A stretch of DNA of 64,000 nucleotides, from NCBI GenBank assembly GCA_038231275.1, contig JBBRLQ010000001.1:224001-288000 (forward strand), given 5' to 3'. The notes under the pieces were generated by a model, which saw nothing but the letters and a program-made list of their open reading frames with translations, searched no databases and was not told the DNA's origin. Made by a program: the position numbers and the translations under genes. Shown here in pieces: positions 30,474 through 38,548 of this stretch; within the stretch, counting starts at the first letter, position 1, and each line of letters opens with the position of its first letter. This stretch comes from Polyangiales bacterium. Lineage in GTDB: Bacteria; Myxococcota_A; Polyangia; Polyangiales; Polyangiaceae.

Positions 30474-32669
30474 TCAGTTCGACACGGGACCGACGACGTA
30501 CGGGGCCGTCCAGGCGGCGCGCAGCGGCGGGTGCGCGGCGAAGCGAACGCGGATCGCGGCATCGCCGAGGGGCGGGCCCGGCTCGGTCCACTCGTGCGCG
30601 CCGAGCGACGCGCCGAGCGCGAGGACGAGCCTGCCCGTGCGCGGCTCGCGGACGACGAGGTACATCTCGTCGACGGCGCCGACCGCGTCCTCGACCACGC
30701 GGAGCCCCGACGAGGAGAGATCTTCGTGCACGTCGACCACGAGCGATCGCTCGGCGCCGCGCGAGGGGACGAGGCGGGCCTCCAGCTCCGCGATGCGCAC
30801 CGGCATCTCCGAGATCGCCTGCGCTTGCTCGGCCTCGAGCGGCTCGTCGTTCGCTTCGCGAAGCGCGATCGCGAGGCACGCGCGGAGGAGATCGAGCGCA
30901 AGCGCCGGCGTCGACGCGGGGGTCGGACGTTCAATCGCGCCGACCGCGACGAGCCCGCGCGCCGCCTGCTCGACCAGCGCGACCAAGCGCGCGATCGCGT
31001 CGGGGTGCGGCTCGACGAAGCCCATCGCCGTGCCGACGCGCGCGGCGGCAGGCACGGTGGGCGGCGGCGGGGCGACCAGCTTCGGAGACGGAAGGCGGCT
31101 GAACGGAACGGCGTCGTGACGGAGCGTCGCCCATCCGCCGAGCGCGACCTCCACTTTGTGGCGGCGCCACGCCCACGACGACGCGGCAGGCAACGCGCCG
31201 TCGGCGATGGACGCACCGAGGTACGCCGAGAGCGCGTCGAGGCCGGTCCCGACGAGCGAGCCGTGACGATCCGCGTCGGGCGGGCGACGCTTGAGGAGCG
31301 CGGCCAGCACGGCATCGTACTCCGGCGGCTCGTCGGGCTCGACCTCCTGCACGATCGTGCGCGCCTCGCGCGCGCCGAGCCACGTCGCGACGTCGAGGCC
31401 GCCCGGCAAGACGTGCGCCGCCATCGCCGGCGCGGCGAACGCCTGCATCGCGACCGCATCGGCCGACGCTGCGCCGCCGAGCAATCGCATCTGGGCGCCG
31501 CGCACGCCGTCTACGACGCCTGGACGTCGCGCGGCCATCGCGCCCTTTCGGACCTTGTCGACGCGGCTCACGTTCTGCACCGCCTCGACGGCGCGCACGT
31601 CGATCTTCGCGGTCTTCGCGATCGCGAGGAGCTCCCCAGGAGACAGATCGTCGGAGGGCCCGCGCACGATCGCGAGCGGCCGTGCGAGCGCGTCGTAGGC
31701 CTCCGCCGCGGTGGCGTCGACGTCGGGCAGGAGGAGGCGCGCGATCAAGAGCGCGGCGCGCGTGCGGGTCCGCGCCTCGTACACGTCTCCGATGCCGCCC
31801 TCTCCGTCCGTGCGCGACGCGAGCGCGAGCGGCGCCACGCCGAGCCACGCGGCCGCACGGTAGGCGCCGAGCTGCGGATCGCCCGGGGCCAGAGCTCCAC
31901 GCGGAGCGAGGAGCCCGAATGGGATCGTCACGCCGAGCGACGCGCTGTTCCCTGACACGGGCGCGCTGGACGTCACCGCGCGCACGTCGGCCGCCGTCGC
32001 CTCTGCCACGTCGGGCAGCGGCACGAAGCTCGAATCGACCAGCGCCCGCCCGACTCCGACGAGGCCGCGCGCGGCGTCGTAGGCGACGTCCAGATCGCTC
32101 GTCACCTTGGCGCTCTCCACGTCGAGGCGTCGCCCCAGGCGCGTGAGGAGCGCCGCGAGCGCCGGAGCCATCGTCTTGGCCTCCGCCTCCGCGAGCAGGC
32201 GATCGATCGCGATGTGCGCGATCTGGATCATCGCGTCCATCGTGATGACGAACGGCACGCGCGCGTCGCGGAGCGGACCGTAGACCTCGCCCAAGCGCGC
32301 CTTGCCCGCGCCGGTCAGCACTGCAAATCCATTTCGACGTACGCGCTCGCGGACGAGCTCCGGCGTGCGCGCCCACCGGGCCTCCGCCCCGTCGGGGCGC
32401 GCGAGCTGCTCGTCGGTCAGCGGGAGATCGGGCGGCGTGAGCACGACGGTCACGTTGGCCTCCACCGGCTGCCAGTACGTGCCGTCGACGGCGACCGCCT
32501 TTGGCGCGGGGGGAGGAGCCGCGGCGCTGACTGGCGGCCGCGACTGTGGACGCGCGGGAGATGCCGGCGACGAGCACGCGGCCAGCGCGACGAGCAGCCC
32601 GAGCAGCCCGAGCCGAAGAGGCCTCACGCGCGAGCCGGCGGGCGCGAGCTTTGTCGTTCTCGCCGTCAC
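30474..32669 (-). CDS. DUF3160-like lipoprotein
   Basis: Lipobox LAAC; ALGGWATLRHD and GFVEPHPD resemble DUF3160 motifs. Start uncertain (32669/32699). Confidence 0.65.
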   Translation of the reverse strand: MTARTTKLAPAGSRVRPLRLGLLGLLVALAACSSPASPARPQSRPPVSAAAPPPAPKAVAVDGTYWQPVEANVTVVLTPPDLPLTDEQLARPDGAEARWARTPELVRERVRRNGFAVLTGAGKARLGEVYGPLRDARVPFVITMDAMIQIAHIAIDRLLAEAEAKTMAPALAALLTRLGRRLDVESAKVTSDLDVAYDAARGLVGVGRALVDSSFVPLPDVAEATAADVRAVTSSAPVSGNSASLGVTIPFGLLAPRGALAPGDPQLGAYRAAAWLGVAPLALASRTDGEGGIGDVYEARTRTRAALLIARLLLPDVDATAAEAYDALARPLAIVRGPSDDLSPGELLAIAKTAKIDVRAVEAVQNVSRVDKVRKGAMAARRPGVVDGVRGAQMRLLGGAASADAVAMQAFAAPAMAAHVLPGGLDVATWLGAREARTIVQEVEPDEPPEYDAVLAALLKRRPPDADRHGSLVGTGLDALSAYLGASIADGALPAASSWAWRRHKVEVALGGWATLRHDAVPFSRLPSPKLVAPPPPTVPAAARVGTAMGFVEPHPDAIARLVALVEQAARGLVAVGAIERPTPASTPALALDLLRACLAIALREANDEPLEAEQAQAISEMPVRIAELEARLVPSRGAERSLVVDVHEDLSSSGLRVVEDAVGAVDEMYLVVREPRTGRLVLALGASLGAHEWTEPGPPLGDAAIRVRFAAHPPLRAAWTAPYVVGPVSN

Positions 32670-32718
32670 GTGGTAGCTGAAGCTACCCTCGGGCCCCATC
32701 GATCGCCCACCTTTTCGC

Positions 32719-32916
32719 ATGAAGCGCCCGCCGCCGCCCAAGCTGGTCCAGCTCCCGCGCCTGCCGCCGCTTCGCGTCCTGGTCCTCGCCGCCGCCGCGA
32801 TCGTCGCGACCGTGTGGGCCATCGTCCACCATTACACGCGCCCGCACCCGCCGATGCTGGTCCCCGTCCCGGCCGCCTCGGAAATCCCCGCGCCGCCTGT
32901 GATCGAAGCCGAGTAG
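32719..32916 (+). CDS. Small single-TM hypothetical protein
   Basis: 65 aa, one TM, fills the gap before queE. Confidence 0.55.
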   Translation: MKRPPPPKLVQLPRLPPLRVLVLAAAAIVATVWAIVHHYTRPHPPMLVPVPAASEIPAPPVIEAE

Positions 32917-32987
32917 CGGGTGGCCCTCTTCCGTCGTTTGCCCCCGACGGTCAAACGCCTTCCGCTCTAGACTACCGAAGAGGCACC

Positions 32988-33644
32988 GTGGCCAAGGAAG
33001 ACACCCTCGTCATCCACGAGATCTACGCGAGCATTCAGGGCGAATCCACGTTCGCCGGGCTGCCGTGCACCTTCGTGCGGACGACGGGATGCAACCTCCG
33101 CTGTACGTGGTGCGACACGCCGCAAGCCTTCTACGGAGGTACGCGCATGAGGCGCGCCGAGGTCCTCGCGAAGGCGCTTGCGACCGGCACCAAGCTGGTC
33201 GAGCTGACCGGCGGCGAGCCCCTCCTCCAACCTGCCGTGCCCATCTTGATGCGCGAGCTCTGCGACGCCGGTCGCACTGTGCTGGTCGAGACGAGCGGCG
33301 AAGCCGACGTCTCCGCGATCGATCCGCGGGTCCACAAGATCATGGACCTGAAGGCCCCCGGCTCCGGCGAGTCGTCGCGCAATCGCTGGAGCAACCTCGA
33401 GCACATCACGAAGAACGACGAGCTCAAGTTCGTCCTCGCCAGCCGCGAGGACTACGAGTGGATGCGCGACACCGTTCGCACGCGCGATCTCGCGCGCCGC
33501 ACGCCGAACCTCCTCGTGAGCACCGTCTTCGGCCGGCTCGCCGCGCGCGACGTGGTCGCCTGGGTCCTCGCCGACGCGCTGCCCGTGCGCGTCCAGCTCC
33601 AGCTCCACAAGTACATCTGGCCGCCCGACGCCGTGGGCGTATGA
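32988..33644 (+). CDS. queE: 7-carboxy-7-deazaguanine synthase
   Basis: EIYASIQGE, GCNLRCTWCDT, TGGEPL, QLHKYIW; GTG start after GAGG. Confidence 0.9.
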   Translation: MAKEDTLVIHEIYASIQGESTFAGLPCTFVRTTGCNLRCTWCDTPQAFYGGTRMRRAEVLAKALATGTKLVELTGGEPLLQPAVPILMRELCDAGRTVLVETSGEADVSAIDPRVHKIMDLKAPGSGESSRNRWSNLEHITKNDELKFVLASREDYEWMRDTVRTRDLARRTPNLLVSTVFGRLAARDVVAWVLADALPVRVQLQLHKYIWPPDAVGV

Positions 33645-33647
33645 GCG

Positions 33648-34457
33648 TCAGTCCGGCAGCCCGGGGCGAAACGGCGAGCCCGGTATTTTGCCCTTGGCCT
33701 GAACATAGCCGAGCGGCGCATTGAGAGGGATGCGCGGCGGGCCCGCGGCGATTGCTTTCGCTTCGAGCCGGAAGGTCTCCCGTCCCTGCTCGTCGACCTC
33801 GAGTCCGCGGACGAGGAATCGCTTGCTCAGCGAAAGCGCGTGCACCCAACGCGGTGGCGTCACGCCCATCGCCGCCATCGACGGCTCCACGAACGCGATT
33901 CCCTCGTGGATGCACGCCGTGCTGCTCGCCTTGCCTCGCTTCAGCTCGTAGACGTCGCACTCGAGCCCGAGCACCGTCTCTTTTTTTCCCGTGCTGGGTA
34001 GCGGAAAGGTCGCCGCGTCCGCCGGGTCGGGCGGGAGCTCGAAGCGGCGGTACTCCTTCTCGCCCTCTTTCGGAAAGAGGACGAGCCGGCGCAGGGCGAC
34101 GTCGACCACCGTGACGGCTTCGATCCCCTTGTAGGCGATGGGCGCGTCGTACCGAACGCGGTCGCCCTTGATCGTGAAGAAGATGCGGACGTCCTCCCTT
34201 TGGGAGGGGCCGCGCAGGCCCATACGGATCGAACCCTCCCAGCCCGGACCGGGGTCCTCAGGGAGTGGAAGCTCGGGAGGCGCGGGGAACAGCGACGCGG
34301 TGCTGGAGCTCGCGCTGGCCGACGGGGTGGCCGCGAGACCGGCATCGGCGTTCGCGACCGTCTTGTCACGACACCCCGAGCACCCGAGCGGAGAGAGAAG
34401 AAGCGTCACGAGCGCCGGGGCCGCGAAGGCCCCCACCGAAAAGGCTTTTGGGCTCAC
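33648..34457 (-). CDS. Hypothetical lipoprotein (DUF4412-like)
   Basis: Lipobox PLG-C; TGKKETVLGLECDVY motif. Confidence 0.55.
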   Translation of the reverse strand: MSPKAFSVGAFAAPALVTLLLSPLGCSGCRDKTVANADAGLAATPSASASSSTASLFPAPPELPLPEDPGPGWEGSIRMGLRGPSQREDVRIFFTIKGDRVRYDAPIAYKGIEAVTVVDVALRRLVLFPKEGEKEYRRFELPPDPADAATFPLPSTGKKETVLGLECDVYELKRGKASSTACIHEGIAFVEPSMAAMGVTPPRWVHALSLSKRFLVRGLEVDEQGRETFRLEAKAIAAGPPRIPLNAPLGYVQAKGKIPGSPFRPGLPD

Positions 34458-35482
34458 CGCTCCCCCATCATGAACTGGCGGTAGGTCATCACGTCCTCGC
34501 TCGAACCGAGCACGAGCGGCGTGCGCTGGTGGAGCGCCGACGGCTTGAGGTCGAGGATGCGCTCCGTCCCGTCGGTCGCCGCGCCGCCCGCCTGCTCGAA
34601 GAGGAACGCCATCGGGTTCGCCTCATAGAGGAGGCGCAGTTTTCCTTGAGGGCTTTTCGTGTCGGCCGGATAGACGAAGATGCCACCCTTCAGCAGCGTC
34701 CGGTGCGCGTCGGCCACGAGCGAGCCGACGTAGCGATGGCCGTATGGCCGCCCGTTCTGCTTGTCCTCTTCCTTGATCCAGTGGTTCCACTTCTGGGCTT
34801 GAGGCGTCCATCGCGCGTAGTTGCCTTCGTTCACCGAGTAGCAGCCGCCGCGTAGCGGGCAGCGGATGTTCGGCGTCGACAGGAAGAACTCGCCGACGTT
34901 CGGATCGAGCGTGAACGCGTGCACGCCGTGTCCCGTCGAGAGCACGAACACCGTGCTGGGTCCGTAGAGGGTGTAGCCGGCGGCGACGATCTCGTGGCCG
35001 GGACGGAGCGCGTCGTCGACGATGACCGTGTCCTTCGAGGTACGCCGCAGCATCGCGAAGATGGTGCCGATGCCGACGTTCGTGTCGATGTTGCTGGAGC
35101 CGTCGAGCGGGTCGAAGAGGACGACGTATTTGCCGCGCGACTCGGGGATGCGCGCCTCTTCGAGCTCTTCGCTCGCGAGGATGCCGCAGTGGCCGCTGCG
35201 CTCGAGGACGTTGATGAGCACGTCGTTCGCGAAGGCGTCGAGCTTCTGGACCTCCTCGCCCTGGACGTTGACCTCGCCGGTGTAGCCCAGCATGCCGGCG
35301 AGGCCGGCCGAGCGGACGCGCGAGTTGATGATGCGCACCGCGAGCGAGATGTGGTTGAGGAGCGAGGTAAACTCGCCGGTCGCGCCGGGCGCGGCGTGCA
35401 TGCCGTGGAGGACGTGCTCGCGGAGGGTGGTGCCGACGACGGCGGGGGGGAGGGAGCGGAGGGACGGGATGCTCTCGGCCAT
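34454..35482 (-). CDS. fbp: Class 1 fructose-1,6-bisphosphatase
   Basis: NVQGEEVQKLD, FDPLDGSSNID, RYVGSLVAD, GKLRLLYEANP. Confidence 0.95.
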   Translation of the reverse strand: MAESIPSLRSLPPAVVGTTLREHVLHGMHAAPGATGEFTSLLNHISLAVRIINSRVRSAGLAGMLGYTGEVNVQGEEVQKLDAFANDVLINVLERSGHCGILASEELEEARIPESRGKYVVLFDPLDGSSNIDTNVGIGTIFAMLRRTSKDTVIVDDALRPGHEIVAAGYTLYGPSTVFVLSTGHGVHAFTLDPNVGEFFLSTPNIRCPLRGGCYSVNEGNYARWTPQAQKWNHWIKEEDKQNGRPYGHRYVGSLVADAHRTLLKGGIFVYPADTKSPQGKLRLLYEANPMAFLFEQAGGAATDGTERILDLKPSALHQRTPLVLGSSEDVMTYRQFMMGER

Positions 35483-35526
35483 GGCCCCGCGGTTGTGCCG
35501 CGGAGGACGGTGACGGACAAGGAGCA

Positions 35527-35592
35527 ATGCGTCACGCAACCTTGCGTTACGCATAGAACGAACGTTCGTATAAATATCAACGAACGTTCGTT
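35527..35592. promoter_or_regulatory. Compound palindromic operator between divergent fbp and fbaB
   Basis: TGCGT(C/T)ACGCA at 35528 and 35543; ACGAACGTTCGT at 35558 and 35580. Confidence 0.7.
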
Positions 35593-35708
35593 TTACTACT
35601 TTTGGGCGGCGAGTGGCTGCGGGTCGAGGCAACGGCAGCCACCCTTGCCTCGCCCGTCAAAGCCGCTACCCTCGGCCTCCCTCGCAGCCATTCCGAAGGA
35701 GCTCCGCG

Positions 35709-36632
35709 ATGCCGCTGACCGATCGCACGAAGCAGATCCTCTCCTGGTACGGGTCCGACAACCCCGGCACCAAGGCGAACCTCGCCCGCCTCATGAACCA
35801 CGGCACCCTCGCCGGGACCGGGAAGTTCGTCATCCTCCCCGTCGACCAGGGCTTCGAGCACGGCCCCGCGCGCTCCTTCGCGCCGAACCCCGACGCCTAC
35901 GATCCCGAGTACCACCCGCAGCTCGCGCTCGACTCCGGGTGCAACGCCTACGCGGCACCGCTCGGCTTCCTCGAGGCGGTCGCCGACAAGTACGCGCCGC
36001 AGCTGCCGCTCATCCTCAAGCTGAACAACTCCGACACGCTCGCGAAGATCGACCAGCCGTGCAGCGCGGTCACCGGCAGCGTGAAGGACGCCGTGCGCCT
36101 CGGCTGCGCCGCGATCGGCTACACCATCTACCCGGGCTCCGGGCAGCGCAACCGCATGTACGAAGACCTCCGCGAGCTCATCGCCGAGGGGAAGTCGCAC
36201 GGCATCCCGACGGTCCTCTGGGCGTACCCGCGGGGCGCCGGCCTGTCGAAGGACGGCGAGACGGCCGTCGACGTGTGCGCGTACGCCGCGCAGATCAGCG
36301 CGCAGCTCGGCGCGCACGTCATCAAGATCAAACCGCCGAAGGACTTCATCGAGCAGGCCGAGGCGAAGAAGGTCTTCGAGAAGTACGCCATCCCGACCAA
36401 GACCATGGCCGAGCGCGTCCGCCATTGCGTGCAGAGTGCATTCAACGGAAAACGCATCGTCATCTTCTCGGGCGGCGAGGCGAAGGACACGCCGGCCGTG
36501 CTCGAGGAGGTCAAGGGGCTGGCCGCCGGCGGGGCCTTCGGTTCGATCATGGGGCGCAACGCCTTCCAGCGGCCGCGCGCCGAGGCGCTGAAGCTGCTCG
36601 CGGACGTGCAGGCGATCTTCAAGAGCGCCTGA
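35709..36632 (+). CDS. fbaB: Class I fructose-bisphosphate aldolase (DhnA/FbaB type)
   Basis: ILPVDQGFEHGP, IGYTIYPGS, WAYPRG, GAHVIKIK, GRNAFQR. Confidence 0.93.
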   Translation: MPLTDRTKQILSWYGSDNPGTKANLARLMNHGTLAGTGKFVILPVDQGFEHGPARSFAPNPDAYDPEYHPQLALDSGCNAYAAPLGFLEAVADKYAPQLPLILKLNNSDTLAKIDQPCSAVTGSVKDAVRLGCAAIGYTIYPGSGQRNRMYEDLRELIAEGKSHGIPTVLWAYPRGAGLSKDGETAVDVCAYAAQISAQLGAHVIKIKPPKDFIEQAEAKKVFEKYAIPTKTMAERVRHCVQSAFNGKRIVIFSGGEAKDTPAVLEEVKGLAAGGAFGSIMGRNAFQRPRAEALKLLADVQAIFKSA

Positions 36633-36682
36633 GCCGACGCTCGAAGGCCTCGCGGGCTCGGCGGAGTGCTACCCTTCGGGGA

Positions 36683-37669
36683 GTGCGCGCCGGGCTCGTT
36701 CTTTTGTCGTTGACCCTCTCGGCGTGCGGCGCGGCGGCGCCGACGACGGGCGTGCCCCACACCCAGCTCGCCGCGTCGCCGACCGAGACGAACGCAGGGC
36801 CCCGCAAGCCGCTCACGCGCCGTGCGAAGCTCCACTACGAGCTGAACGGCCGGAGCTTCCCGCTCCCGGTGGTGCACGGCACCGTGCTGGGGCACCCGAC
36901 GTGGATGCTCATCGACACCGGCGCCAACTCGCACGTCATCGCCGGCTGGTTCGCGAAGAAGATCGGCCTGCCGATGTTCCGCCTCGGCGACGTCGGCACC
37001 GATCACGCGGGCCGATCGATCGCGACGTTCCGCGTGGAGCACCCCAAGCTAGCGCTCGACGACTGGGGTGAGCTCGACGACGGTCCGATGCTCGTCACCG
37101 AGGTGCCTGCGATCATCGAGAAGCTCGGCATCGGCGCGTTCGTGTCGCCGCAGAAGCTGAACGAAGAGGGCGACGCGGTGGTCCTCGATCTGGTGGCCCA
37201 CGAGGTGCGCGCCGCCTATTTCGACGAAGCCTCCAAGGGCGACGGAACACCGCTCCTCGACGCCGGCGCGCGCGTCTGCGAGGACACGCAGAGCCCGATC
37301 AAGGGTCTCGCCTACGTGGCCCCCGCGAACGTGGGCGGCAGCCCGGCGTGGCTGCTGGTCGACACCGGCGCGCAGCGCTCGGACGTGCTCGCCGGATCGA
37401 TCCCCGGCAAGACGCTCGCGCCGAAGAGCATCCCCAACAAGGAGCAGATGTACGGCGCGTCCGGCAAGCTCACGTCACGCACGATCCCGCGCGCGACAGT
37501 CGTGGTGGGCGACGTGGAGCGTCAGCTGGACGTCGATCTCATCGGCGGGGAGAGCGATCCGTACTGCCCGCGCGACGGCGTCCTCTCGATGGACGTACTG
37601 CGTGGATGCGTGCTCGTCCTCGGCCGCAAACAGATCGCCGCGCGCTGCCCGAAGCCGCCCGAGCGCTGA
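36683..37669 (+). CDS. Lipoprotein aspartyl protease with two retropepsin-like domains
   Basis: Lipobox LSAC; LIDTGA and LVDTGA; DGVLSMDVL. Confidence 0.75.
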   Translation: MRAGLVLLSLTLSACGAAAPTTGVPHTQLAASPTETNAGPRKPLTRRAKLHYELNGRSFPLPVVHGTVLGHPTWMLIDTGANSHVIAGWFAKKIGLPMFRLGDVGTDHAGRSIATFRVEHPKLALDDWGELDDGPMLVTEVPAIIEKLGIGAFVSPQKLNEEGDAVVLDLVAHEVRAAYFDEASKGDGTPLLDAGARVCEDTQSPIKGLAYVAPANVGGSPAWLLVDTGAQRSDVLAGSIPGKTLAPKSIPNKEQMYGASGKLTSRTIPRATVVVGDVERQLDVDLIGGESDPYCPRDGVLSMDVLRGCVLVLGRKQIAARCPKPPER

Positions 37670-37702
37670 GCGTCAGGCGCAACGCGCAACCCGCAGGACA
37701 GG

Positions 37703-38548
37703 CTACGGAACGGGACCGAGCGGGAACGACGCGTCGACCTCGACGACGTGCACCAGCGTCTTGTCGGTCGAGCCCTGATCGGCGCCGAAGAGGTACCGGT
37801 CGATGCGGCCGCTCGTGTCGAGCACCGCGTTGGAGACGCCGTTCTCGACGGTGCACGAAGGGCCGTAGTCGAGCGCGAGCGCGATGACCGACTTTCCGGA
37901 TTTGGGATCGGTGACGCGGAGGCGCGCGAGGCAGCCGAAGCGCGCGGCGTCGGCGGTGTACCAGGTGATCTTCTCTTCGCAGTCCTTGCCGGTGCCGTTG
38001 GCGTCGCAGAGTCCAGCGGCCTTCGCCTGCGCGAAGCAACTCGGGATGCAGTTGTCGGCCGGATCGGTGTGGGGCGTCCCGTTGGCATCGAGCCAGCAAC
38101 CGAACGCGGTGATGTAGTAGTCGCCGTTCGCGGCCTTCGTCCTTCCGTAGGAGCCGGTGCAGTCGAGTGTGGCCGTCGTGCCCATGCAGACCGCGTCTTG
38201 GCCTGGCGGCGCGCGGAGACAGCCGCGCGGACAGAGCTCGATCGACGCCGACGCGTCACCGACGCACTTTCCGCGCGCGGTGCCGTCCTTCGAGCACGTG
38301 TAAAGCGTGTCACCCGCGTACTCGCCGCAGCCGCCGGACGCTGCGCCGTCGGGCGTCGCACCGTCCGAGCGATCGGGCGCGTCGGAAGACTGGGACGCGT
38401 CGAGGTCGGGTGGAGTGGTCGCTGCGTCGCTCGAGGATCCGGCGTCCCCTTGGCCCGCGGAAGGATCCGGCCCTAGTGTTTGCGTTTGCTGACTCGAGCA
38501 CGCGCCCACGAGCGCGACGAGACCCCCGACCGTGCTCCAACGGATCAT
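37703..38548 (-). CDS. Cys-rich lipoprotein with C-terminal RlpA/expansin-like double-psi beta-barrel
   Basis: Lipobox VGAC; C.ARLRVTDPKSGKSVIALALDYGP...VLD.S. Confidence 0.6.
   Translation of the reverse strand: MIRWSTVGGLVALVGACSSQQTQTLGPDPSAGQGDAGSSSDAATTPPDLDASQSSDAPDRSDGATPDGAASGGCGEYAGDTLYTCSKDGTARGKCVGDASASIELCPRGCLRAPPGQDAVCMGTTATLDCTGSYGRTKAANGDYYITAFGCWLDANGTPHTDPADNCIPSCFAQAKAAGLCDANGTGKDCEEKITWYTADAARFGCLARLRVTDPKSGKSVIALALDYGPSCTVENGVSNAVLDTSGRIDRYLFGADQGSTDKTLVHVVEVDASFPLGPVP

Noticed and set aside
27406-31119. 1237-aa plus-strand ORF
   Set aside because: Arg/Ala/Gly-rich shadow frame overlapping a kinase and antisense to two real genes; expected at this GC content.
32214-32987. 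Apparent N-terminal extension of queE
   Set aside because: Overlaps other genes; QueE motifs begin just after GTG 32988, which has an SD.
32988-33644. queE as part of a 7-deazaguanine DNA-modification (dpd) island
   Set aside because: No dpdA, queC, queD or folE in the window; likely housekeeping.
34919-36682. Apparent long N-terminal extension of the aspartyl protease ORF
   Set aside because: Overlaps fbp (antisense) and fbaB (other frame); the signal peptide begins at 36683.
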